A DNA stretch of 64,000 bases from contig NC_134027.1 of NCBI RefSeq assembly GCF_964204645.1, positions 6,046,485-6,110,484 on the forward strand. Reading direction: 5' to 3'. The notes under the pieces are model-generated. The model saw nothing but the letters and a program-made list of their open reading frames with translations. It was not told the origin of the DNA and searched no databases. This DNA comes from Tubulanus polymorphus (taxonomy: Eukaryota > Animalia > Nemertea). Both the position numbers and the translations under genes were made by a program. Below are positions 1-11,453 of the stretch, piece by piece. Position 1 is the first letter of the stretch. Each line of letters opens with the position of its first letter.

Positions 1-359
1 TAGTTCAATTCTTCACTTCGATGTGTTTAATGTGAACTCTGAAGTTACTACATGCACTGTTAATGAGATCTATTGTCTCTATTCAAATCTAAATTATTTC
101 TGATCCCTTCCTGACGCATCAAATCATTGTCATCAAAACAGGAAAACTACTATGGTAATTTAGAAAAGATTTAATGTTGCACTTTCCCTGCTTGATTTTT
201 AAAAAGATTTTCATGCGATTTCACAGCACATCATAATGTGCTGAACACAACAGGGCTTACGACTTGTAGATATTTTTTGTATTCTTCAGCATGGCCACAG
301 GTTTGGCTGATTATGAACATGTATTTGTTTGTTTCATTTATCTTTGCATGGATATACAG

Positions 360-3300
360 CAATATCTCACTGTACTCGGGAGACCAATGGTGCTAAAACG
401 CGCAAAAGACATCGGATGGACGAATGTTTATGTTGATGCTTCGGTAATTAAATCTTTCGTCATTTGTCTTTTCTTAATTTTCTAATGCTTCCTAAGACTT
501 CTTAAATCCCACGATGACTGTTCAAGATGTTTCGACGTTACACACCATGCTGTATCTAATACATTGACTTTTTGTGTACAGGGTTTGGGAATGATGACAA
601 CAGTAACACTGCCTGTATACAATACAACCATTCTACGAAGTGTATGTATGTTTTTCTACCGTTTCGTATATGATGTTGAATTTTCTAATTGAAAACCTTT
701 CTCTTATCATATTGCAGTGTGTAGGCAAATGTACAGTGCCAGATAAGTTAGATGAGTATGTGGTTGATAAGGCTTGTCGTGCAATCTGTGTAAGTCTTTG
801 AATTATCATTATCTAGCTATGAAACCTTGGAAAGTTAACTTATCTAATTGGAAAACTTTCGATAATTTCAGTCGAGCAACCAAACGATTTTAGGCGTCAT
901 GGGCATTGATATTCGAACTAAAGACATGGAAAGATATATTCCATGGCGGAAGGTAAGAGATATTCAAAATGACAATCTCCTTGATTCACTCAATACACCG
1001 CTATTCATACCATTTTCAAAAGATCATAACTTATGAACTTGCTACTTCTGTATGTTAAACTAAAGACCATTATTCACCTTCTTAAGATCAGGAAATTGTC
1101 CTACTGTGTTTTGATAGTGTGAAAAATAATTGTTTGTTGCAATCCCTCTCTTGAATATGATTCCTGTCTATTAAACCAATCTAAAAGCGCACCCAATAAT
1201 TCCGCTATAATTGGGTTGCGTCAGAACTGAATTTTCAAGGCCCACACGCCTCTTGTGTTTATATTGTAGCTCGGACCAAATGGTTACTCATTTGCAGTCA
1301 CCAATAATGGTTACATAGTTTTTCATCCACACCTCAAAGCAGAAAGCGCTGGGATAGAAGACCCGCCAAATGTTGACCTCCTCGATATTGAATTTGACAA
1401 TGAAGCAGAAGTTAAATCAAATGTAAGTTGATTGTGTTGGTTGATGTTGTGGAAGATATTTAACCTTGATGAATATTAGAAATGTAGAAATACACCCTTT
1501 TGAGTCATTATTTTGTGAATTAATGATTATGTTAATTATATCTTTTATCAATTGTGTCTTACAGATCAGAAAAAAGATGATTGATCAGAAAGGTGGTACA
1601 ACTGATTTTCTTGGATACAGGCTGACACTGGATGAGATTTATGCAATAAAAATGAACCTTACATATTCGTACACTAAAATAACTAACACATCATTCAGGT
1701 ATGAGTAACTGAGGTTTCACCGTAAAAATGGCTTGAAGCGGTTTTAGAACATTATATATGATTTGTCTACCATTTCAGTCTAGCCCTTGTTGTACCGAAA
1801 TCTCGAAAGAAATTCATGAACGTTAGGAAAAATTCTATGAGAGATACAAGTTCTAAAAGAGCCAGTTAGTTTGAATCAATTTTTCAACTCAAATTTATCA
1901 GTTTCATCCATCAGATCTATCCTAATGTCTACATTGTCCATGCAATAGAACCAATAGCAATGTATGATTTACTTTTCAGTATTTTCTGAATTGGACACTG
2001 ATAAATCATTTCTGATGATTGCACCATGGTAAGTAGTCGAATTCAAATGTTGAGCTAACTTTTTCTCAACTTTGTAAATGCAGAATTCTATAGACATAAT
2101 TCTCTAATTAGGGACTATTGCCCAGGAATGGCTGCCTTGCTGATGAATAAGGCTAATGAGTCGGCATCTATCTTGAAGGACATTTTGCAAAATAAATACA
2201 GGACCAGATGTAAGTTTTAAAATTATTGATGCTTTTTAAAGATAAGTAACAAGTCTGAGGTCTACGCATTATGATTCATATCTCTGTGGTTAATATTGTT
2301 ATGGTTTGGTTAATGTTTAGGCAAAGGACAAGAGTCGGAGATGTTGAATAACCTACTTCTCGATATCAGAATAACAAGATTACTTCAAACATCTTGGAAA
2401 GATGATCAATCAAAACAAAAGGGGTAATACACTTATATTGTATGTAAATTATGCAACATTCAAATGTAATTGATTTGCTTCTTACAAAAAAACTCGTATT
2501 TTGCTCTGATTTTATACATTTTGATTGATTTTGACGTTTTAGTGCTGGAATTATCTCTCGATTCATTGCCACAAATGGTGGATTAACTAGGGTATTTCCT
2601 CAAAGGTAACTCCTCTTAACCTCCTCACATTAGATGACACATCAGCGAAGATTTGTTTTTCGTCAGGACAACTGAACAGCATCGCTTATTTCCTGTATCT
2701 TCTAATTCTAGTGAAGGGATAGATTTTGAACAGTACGCTGACCCTTGGAAGGCTTCATATTTCCAGCGAGCATTTTCATATGCAGATGAGAACCCAGATG
2801 GCTTCTTGTTTGCCATTCAACCATTACCAGAATCATTTAATAAAAGTAAGTTACATAGTTAAGTGCACTCTTTAGATTTTTCAAAAAGCAACTGCTTCAC
2901 GTTGTTGTAAGGAATCAACCAGTTTATTCCTATGATAATGAACTGAATCTCCTCAGGCCTCCATAGATTTTTGTAAAAATACAATCTGTATGGAAAGTGA
3001 AATGAAAAGTAAATGTAATTCACTCGTAGCTGCTGAACCAAACTATACCAATCCTAATGTGATGGTGGCAAAAGCGGTGAAATTGAGCAATTATTCATCG
3101 GCGAAAGTTGCAGTCATTGGGGCGTTTGTGACAGTGAAAAAACTGAGTAATAAGATGGTGCGAAGTGTCACTGAATGCAAAGACGAGACATCAGCTGTGT
3201 GTTACCTTCTGGATCGATCAGGATTTCTTCTAGCTAGCAACCAACCAGACCTCGAGGTACTATTCCAGTTGTGGCTCAGATTAAGATAAACATACAGTTT

Positions 3301-4826
3301 TTGCCATTGATAGGAAATCATGAAAGTGATACGCGGGTAGATGAATGTGTACCAGTATTTAGATTGGAAATAGCAATAGTACATGTATTAGTGTCTCTTA
3401 AAGAATTTCATTCTCTATATTTTGTATAGATCGGCCGATTTATTGGTCATAAGAACCTAGATCCTCAACTTGCGTATTGGATGTATAACTATTCGCAGCT
3501 GAGTAGGATTGAATTTTTTGATTACCAAGCAACGTGTCCGAAACCTGTTGAAAAAACAAGTGCGGGACCGAGGTCATTTTATATTGTAAGTATCGAAGGT
3601 CAGAAGCCAGAATTTCTAAACAGCTTTATGCATCTGTGCAATTTTTTCTTTGAAATTTCAGCCGACAATATCAGATTTATTAGACTCGATGAAGTGGTGG
3701 TCAGTGAAGTCTGCATGGACATATATTGTTTATAACATCTTCAGGTTAGTTTATTCATTCAGATGTGTATTTCATAATCAAGCTCATGTATGTTAACTAT
3801 TACTTTTCTGCTATACAATATTCTGATATAGGCTCTTCACTATTTTCAGCTCTTTCACTGATTTATTTACTAACGTATATGGTAAGTATTGAACAATAGA
3901 TACTGCTTTGATGTCAAGTTCACTGCAGCAGAATTGTCGATTCTCAGTTGACTAGTATTCTGTACCATTATTATTGAAGTTAATATCAACTTTCAGCTGC
4001 AAAAGCACCACCTCCGCCAGAAGAAATTCCGAAAAACATTAGTTGTATTAAAAGGTCCGCTTACTACTTCCCAACTAGAATGGCAAAAGTTGTGTCTGGC
4101 ACATTACAATGCAATAACTGTACTAGGTATGATCATTATTAAGATTTTTACTTGAAATATACTTGTATTAGTTAATCTACATATGTAGTCCCTTACTTGA
4201 GTACTGAGTAACAAGCAGTAGTTCACTGAAAACACAAGTCAATAAAACTATATTTTTCTCGCCTTCCAGAAATTATTACATGAAAACATTGGAAAAGAGT
4301 AATTTGATGATAGTTGTGGCTGATCCATTGTGCAATTTTGATGACGAAGAGTCCTGTCAGACACCTTATCTACCACAAGAATCGGCACCAGATATCCTTT
4401 TCATTTAACACCTTCAGAGATATGAGTACAAATCATTATCATTCCATTTAATTGCTATAATGTCTAAATTTCAAGTGATTAGTCACTTTGTATGGACTTA
4501 ACCTTATGTAATGAAAATTTCATATTAATAAGATCCTTGACTGAAATTTACTTGATGGACCAGATTTATGTACGCGTGTTCCCAGGTATAGACGTAGGAT
4601 TGGCAAATGCCATGACAGACATCCTAGGGTATGTCAAAAAAAACTTCTTGCATTTCCAGCTTGAACTGATTTGTAACCTGTCAATACATCTGACGATATT
4701 TCTAATTGTTGTATTGTATCATTACAGGAGTATACATTAGACTGCGGTGTCAACGGTTCAGTGAAACCACTCATGATTCTAATCATCAGCATGCTGTTGA
4801 TGTCATCAATTACTCTAAAAACCTGA
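360..4826 (+). CDS. CACNA2D: Voltage-gated calcium channel auxiliary subunit alpha2-delta, 3' portion (5' part lies upstream of the window)
   Basis: About 19 GT-AG exons plus one AT-AC intron splice in frame (approx. 360-443, 582-641, 872-952, 1270-1422, 1565-1698, 1779-1864, 1980-2028, 2112-2209, 2321-2423, 2543-2605, 2712-2845, 3030-3256, 3430-3585, 3662-3744, 3850-3881, 3997-4126, 4270-4391, 4552-4628, 4728-4826). Peptides QYLTVLGRPMVL..WTNVYVDA, GLGMMTTVTLPVYN, ILGVMGID, LGPNGYSFAVTNNGYIVFHPHL, RFIATNGGLTRVFP, CYLLDRSGFLL and PRYRR..C..DCG match alpha2-delta Cache/delta regions. The protein ends in a hydrophobic, GPI-signal-like tail (DCGVNGSVKPLMILIISMLLMSSITLKT*). Confidence 0.95.
718..789 (+). 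CDS. CACNA2D: Putative 72-nt in-frame cassette exon of CACNA2D (CVGKCTVPDKLDEYVVDKACRAIC)
   Basis: Flanked by ttgcag| and |gtaagt, phase 0 like the neighbouring exons, no stop codon, 4 Cys. Confidence 0.6.
4392..4551 (+). other. U12-type (minor spliceosome) AT-AC intron in CACNA2D
   Basis: 5' end ATATCCTTT (4392-4400), branch site TCCTTGAC (4534-4541), 3' end ...tttAC at 4551. Removing it joins ...PQESAP-V-DGPDLC...PRYRR in frame. Confidence 0.93.
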
Positions 4827-6200
4827 AACACCATGGATGGGTGCAGTACATGACATGTTGTAGCTATGCATGAAATTCTTAACAACTCATTAACAACTAT
4901 GTACGTGGAACTTGTTGCGTGTGCACATATGATTTGATGTGTGTTGTATAAAAAAACTGAACACCTTCGAAAATGTTTTATCAGTAAATCATTGAGAGAA
5001 GACATTTCATTCATATGGGCAATCACTGAGTACAAATAGACAGAATCAGTGTCTCAAAAAGGGCTGTTGAAAATATTCAAATATTTGTTGCCAGCTAGGC
5101 TAAAAAAATTTGCACTTGTCAAAGATCCATCATTGTAAAGAAAGTTTTTCCTCTGTTTTCCATGGATTCAGACACATTATAGAATCAGTTTTACTACAAC
5201 AATTTTACCACTTTGTTATTTGTTCCGTACATTCACAAGTTCCATCGATCCGGCTGTCTTGTGTGTACACTGTATGTACATTTGTGTATTCATTGTATTT
5301 GTTGAATTGTGATTATGTACAGTATCCTGACTCTTCCCGATTGAAAACCGCTCTTCCTCAAACCCTGCTGTAAGAAACTATACTATGTTCATGTATACCG
5401 TAATGGTAAAATGCCTACCCAACAAAATTATATATATATTCTGTTGTCTACTCTGAGTACACTTGTGAGAAAGGAGTTTCATTCGGCTAAGAAGCCAATT
5501 TCAGTGGGAGGATGTCTCAAAAGTGATGGTGATTCACAATTTATAGTAAAAAATTTGAGAATAACTTTAGCAATTTATATATCAAATCATTGTTATAATA
5601 CGATGTATGCATTTAAAGATAATGTTTTTACAACCTAGTTATGTAGAATAGACTTATATTTATCTATTTGACTTAAAAATTAGGATTCAAAATCCCGAAT
5701 TTGCAGAGCGATTACTGAATACCGGGTATTTGCCTGTATTGAAGTATAGAAACTATATAATAGAGAATTCAATATTTACTGTAAGTGGAGGTTTATCCAT
5801 CCTTACATTCAGGTTTTCGCGGAATCTCTCATTCTGTTTGAAATATTATCTATTACCGTTTTCCGAGGGTTTCGAATCCAAGATTCAATGACTTGTACAT
5901 GTAGTTTGACAGTTATCCTCTATTTCGTAAGTCTAACACAGTTATATAAACGTGATATATTATACTAAATGTTAATGCCTCGTAAATTTTATAATTCTTA
6001 TTTATCATTCAATGTTTCGAATATGTCCGACACATTAAGTCTCGTCAATTTACAACACTAAATGATTATTACTTTGTTGGTGTCTAGTGAAAATAGTGAA
6101 TTCAAATATAATGCATTTATACCGTAATTAGCAAACATATTTTCAAATATATACTGGTTTTTGCGTTTTCATCTTGTAGTTAACCTCATGTTTTTTTAGA

Positions 6201-6206
6201 AATAAA
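6201..6206 (+). terminator. Likely polyadenylation signal of CACNA2D
   Basis: AATAAA at the end of a T-rich 3' UTR-like tract, followed by U/GU-rich sequence. Confidence 0.45.
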
Positions 6207-6424
6207 ATGATTACGAATTACACAGTAAAATTTCTCGTTGATGAATTCTTTTTTCTCCGAGAGCTCTGTTGATTAGTGGTATTGTGGCCCTAGAAGTTAT
6301 CCTCGATTTTGGTACTAGAGTTGGTTTTCTGTAGATCGTGCCCGACTAAGCAGTATTCAACAAATTTCCATAAAAAACCATTAAAACGACAATTAAGTTT
6401 TTTACGTAGTATTTAACAGCGAAA

Positions 6425-6430
6425 TTTATT
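6425..6430 (-). terminator. Likely polyadenylation signal of NCKIPSD (convergent with CACNA2D)
   Basis: tttatt on + equals AATAAA on -, about 500 nt past the NCKIPSD stop codon. Confidence 0.45.
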
Positions 6431-6927
6431 AATAAAATTATCACTGAACAGTATACATGCGAGTATGTAAAATTTATGTATAATGAAATATTCTAATTAA
6501 TCTAGATATAAATAACGAGCACATTACAGATACTAAGACTGGCATACGATTAATGGAAAACCTACGCAATATACTTCATAACACCACAAAACATGAGCAG
6601 GAAACTTACTACATCAAATAATTCTAAAATATTTAGATATCTTGTCAGAGATAGCTTGCAGCAACTGCGAAACAACCTTCATTTCCAGTGTAGAGACTAG
6701 AGATAATCATATGTGTAAACGGGACATATATCTTACATTTGGAAGCCCACACTAAATGGAAGAATCTCATATTTTGGATTGGAATTAATATACACTTGAA
6801 GCACTGGTACCATCATTGATGCTAGGGAGACAGATCTTCATGACTAACTCAAAAAACATACATGTATTCAACCTACACATCAAGACAAGTTAGTATCACT
6901 TTTATCAAGTATCAAGTTTACTATCAT

Positions 6928-9460
6928 TCAAAAGAATTGTGGAACATCTTTCCAGATTTGTTTGACGATATCTTTATCCATAGAAATTTCAATTATGTCC
7001 TCATTAAACACCTGTAAGAATCCTTTGCGTAGTTCAGTTATTTGATGTTGGTGCTCGGCGTATGATGGCGTTTTCATTATTAGATGCATCAATGATAGGA
7101 ATTCTGTACGAATCTAACGATATAGAGAACAATAATGTATGATTAACATTAATGATCAAATTGCAATTCAACAAACAGTTGAGGATAGATGGCAAAATGA
7201 GAGCATCAAAAAGTAGGTACCTACCAGTTTTCCTGGTGACTGGTTTGATATTTCTCTAGCGATGATGTCTATCAGTACTTTGGCATCATTAGTGTAAATC
7301 AGCTCGGATGTTGCTTGTCCAGAGAAAATGTCGGACAGAAATTTCAGCACGGAATTCGGATTATTCTCTTGGTGTGGATACATTTTTACTGGATCATCTG
7401 AATAAATTTTCATTTTTCAAATAATGGCAAAATTATATCCTCAGAAGATGGAACTTTAGAATACCATTAATTATTTCAATTATCAACTTTCCTCATTTAC
7501 CTCCTCTGTTTGCCAATGAGATGACTTTTCCTGTTAGTTCATTTGGAGCTCCATGTTCCGCAAGTACTTGCATGACAATATTATCACTAGGTTGGTAAAA
7601 ATGTAGATTATACGAGAGTATCATAGGTAGAACAGCATCTACGATGTCTTCATCCACTCCGGACCAGGGTGGATTCTCCATATATGACAAGAGAAATACG
7701 ATGAAAGCGGAATTCAGAAAATCTGAAAAAGTTATAATGAAATTATGGCAGCCGGTGGCAGCTTTCTCCATAGAACCCTGATCACTCGACAATGATTTGA
7801 AATAAAAGATGATGTAAGGACTACCAAAGTCCAATGACAAATGGATGAAGAGAAATCCATTTGCACCACTATATGGAAGTAAAAAGTTGAATATATTACT
7901 CACCATAGTGTTGAATAGGTAACTCTTGTCCTGTTGAAAATATCACAGTTAAGACAACACATGAATAACAGAATTTCTGCAAATCTGTAATATATAGAAT
8001 TACGCCATACAATGTTATACTTGTAGGTTATTCGAGAAAAAAATTAACTAAAGGAACAATAATTGAGGCTATAATAAGCTTACCGGATGTATCAGTCTGT
8101 ATATCTCTGGCTAACTCTAATGGAAGTATTGAATTCAATAAAATATCAATGACTAGAACATCAAGACCACATAAAGCAGCGAACACATTCAATAACACAT
8201 TACGTATAGTTGAACGAGTCTCCTGGAAAGTGCAAATACAAATTAGCTACGAATGAATTGAACACAGCACAGAAATTTCTCGGCCTATGAAACTTACCAT
8301 CTGGTAATAAAGCACCAATGTGTCCACGCACTCATAATTTTCTCTACGGATTAAATGCCTACTGACTGATGCATTGGCCTTGCTCTGTAATAAATCAGCA
8401 TACAAGATTCTCCGCATTACTATGCCAGGTTTATTAAGATGGTTGATGCATTATTTAGTTCACCATCCATCAATTGCGTAACAAACAATCTTTTTATCTT
8501 CTAATTTCTAGGATGATGAAATGTAAAATCTAAGTGGTGACATTGCATCATATTTGATATTATGACAGTTTCAGAGGATGGGTTATTCAAAAGATGATGA
8601 AAAGTAAAATATATGTTGTGACATTCCAGGATATTGTGGAAAGGAGTTCCGGAGGATGGTTTATTCTAATTATGAAATAATCTACGACTTAGAGTTCTTT
8701 ATCCAAATAGCTTATTACCGGGGGTATATAGGCCTATGAAACCAGAGGAAGGAACTGCAATGCAACAATAACCGGTAAGATGATATTGGGTCACTAAAAC
8801 AAATCTTCTATTGAATATATACAATGACTATCTTACTAGAATAGAAAATAGTTCCTCTAGATACTCTAGAATTATTTCTTCATCTTCGTACAATGCCCAA
8901 CTTCTTTGCTGCGAATCGTCTTTACACGCTGCCATTTCAGAAAATATCACCGAAAGTCGTTTAGCATCATGACTATTTTCAACACTAGTGTCATCCTAGA
9001 ATACAAGATACATCATCAAAATAGCAATTTGCTGTTGTTTTCAATTGATGAAATGGCCATTTATTTCAACTTCTTTCATCCTGATCAAGATAAAACTGCA
9101 ATGGAAAATGTCAGAAATCAATTCAATATCGTTAGGCCTACCTACCATTTTGCTTTGCGCAGACTCCAAAATCTCATCAATAACAGGTCCGATTGTTGGA
9201 ATTTCATTTCTAATTTCGGTCAATAATATACTAATTGTGTGTTGACACTTGCTATATCCAACATTAGTCTCTTTTCGTAACAATTCCACCAAGTTCAATC
9301 CTAGAGTTTTCGGCACTGAGGAAGCCATCAATCGACCAGCATGTAATAGAGAATTCTTGCGTTTTACTGGTGAAAGTTCAATGTTGTTCAGTGAACACGA
9401 TATACAGTTGGAAGAATTTTCGGTTCCTGTACTTGTCGATGAACCACCACTCATCGCCAT
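6928..9460 (-). CDS. NCKIPSD: NCK-interacting protein / SPIN90 (WISH/DIP) Arp2/3 activator, ~450 aa, no SH3 domain visible
   Basis: 8 coding exons (approx. 9460-9146, 8995-8837, 8385-8299, 8222-8085, 7984-7904, 7722-7501, 7397-7225, 7113-6928). Motifs [65 protein letters not shown] and [13 protein letters not shown] match the SPIN90/Ldb17 armadillo-like region. Confidence 0.92.
8511..8668. repeat. Degenerate two-copy tandem duplication (~83-nt unit) in a NCKIPSD intron
   Basis: gatgatgaaa.gtaaaat...gtgacatt...gatatt...gaggatgg.ttattc occurs twice. Confidence 0.6.
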
Positions 9461-11292
9461 GATGGTAAATCAATTTCGTTGAAACCTAACAATCAAAAAC
9501 CACACCAATCAAGCATGTTTTCTCCAAGCCTACAATGGTAAAACAAATTGTACTGTTATTTTCAGTATCAGGCCGGGGTTGCCTGTGATTGGTATAGTCA
9601 AAACAAGTGATCAGTTAGTTAGTCAGTGTGTGTAACATTCTGTATTTTAATGATTTTGGACCTGTTGTTAGTGTGTAGAAATCAAAGTATTTACGCTATG
9701 TTCGGATGGATCCACTGTCAGTACCGTAACAATGTTTGTCCAGGTTTTACTACTGTTAAAAAGTCAGAACTTTACACTGACTAATCAAGCTCTAATTACG
9801 TCTCGTCAAACCATTCGATTCAATTCAATTCAATTCCTCGATAGTTGTGAAATTTTCGGAGCCACCCGTATATATTGTTTGAGATGAATATGAAATTGAA
9901 CTTATTATTTATTGAACTTATTATTTATTGCACCGTATATAACATTTATACGTAGGTTGTTAAGACATGCAATGAATCGACAGAACAAAACATTGAAGAA
10001 TGACATAAAACGCCCGTGTTCGATATCATGATGTACCTGAGATCGGCGTTCAATATACTAGATTTGTCTTTTAAGTTTTTGGTACATCATGATGCTTACT
10101 GAACGACCTTGATAATATTGTGGATTATTAATGGCCGCCGTTTGACATATTTTGATCACTCAGCGGATCGACTGGTTTTTACTCTCTACAACCTACTCCT
10201 TGCGGATAACGAATATTTTTGGAAGTTAATCTAAATATTTAGGTATGTCTCCGTTCAATGTTTTATGACTTTCGGTTTACGAGTGTCCGATTAGAACACC
10301 GTGAGGGATTCATTTCAAATTAATTTCTTCCTCGCTCGTCTCGGGCTCGTCGACGTTGGCTCCTCGACCTAACACACTCCACAGAAAAAGGGCACCCATC
10401 ATCACGTCATGCCATAGGCATAACAACAGCAACACTGAAAGTCTCACTACTATGTCTTTTTTACAGCAAAAACTAAACTTACTACTGACCACTGCGATTA
10501 TAGGCCCTTTTTAAGCCCGCCAGGCCCAGGGTCAAGAATCGACCCCAACTCGTTATTATGTTATTTGTATTTTTTACATGCAGACTTGTCCCACCCATCC
10601 TGCATTTTGATAAACTTTTCACATTCGCTGGTTAAAAGATATATTTCCTATATAATTTTTGAATTGAGGCTATGATTTCTGTTTCATATCAAAAAGCAAA
10701 AAACATTAATTATCCTTTCACGCCATCAGGACAGATAGACTACACGCAATAGAAGATATTTTTGGCTTCTGTGTCGTGATAAAGCCCTTTTTCTGATATG
10801 ATATGAAATGTTGTGAAACTTAAATAGGATATTATAAGTTGAGCATAGTAAAACTTAAAAATGCCGGGGTACAAGATGACTGTAAACCATGCCCCTTTTT
10901 GCTGCCCATTTGAAAAATATCCACTTCCAAACTATTTAGTTTGATTACAAGTAGTCTCTGCTCAATGCAGATCTTTTTGGACTGTGAAAATCTGTCGGAC
11001 ATAAAAGATATCCTAGTTTGAAACCAGTAATCAAATTGAAAATTTCTACGATAGTATTCCTCCGTTGCTCGCTTTTAAACCTTCTCATCTTATGTGAAGG
11101 GCGATGATCGCATTGTGGATATTGCGCTTCATCGAGAAAATGAAATAATATTTTTAAGTCAACAGGTCAGAAACGTGATACGAGTCAAACAATTATGCGG
11201 CGAGTTAAACAATTATTTATTCATGTAATCGAAAAATTCAGCTAATCTCGTTAAAGCCGATGTGGCGCGTGATAAGCCCCGTTGTTACTCAC

Positions 11293-11430
11293 CGTAAAAT
11301 CCATCTTGATTATAACCTGAACACGGTCGATTGTACGAAGCCTCGGGCTATATACTATATTAATAATAACACGGTGAAATCCTCGCCAGTCATAATATCA
11401 TTGTTCAAGTCTGGACCGTTTTTGAGCTTG
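11293..11430 (-). other. Probable non-coding first exon of NCKIPSD
   Basis: Strong donor ACG|GTGAGT at 11293/11292 on the minus strand, in CpG-rich promoter-like DNA. A matching acceptor (ttgttag|) lies at 9485, upstream of the ATG. Confidence 0.45.
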
Positions 11431-11439
11431 GCATGATTA

Positions 11440-11453
11440 GTTTCCATGGTAAC
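11440..11453. promoter_or_regulatory. RFX X-box
   Basis: GTTTCCATGGTAAC is a near-palindromic X-box, located at the predicted NCKIPSD transcription start in the divergent NCKIPSD/DAG1 intergenic region. Confidence 0.6.

Noticed and set aside
290-300. Possible 11-nt microexon cttcag|catggccacag|gtttgg before the first clear CACNA2D exon
   Set aside because: Weak donor, does not encode the expected alpha2-delta residues, and the upstream exon phase cannot be seen.
1187-1221. Intronic hairpin gcgcacccaat/attgggttgcgt
   Set aside because: A single ~11-bp stem with no other support; could be chance.
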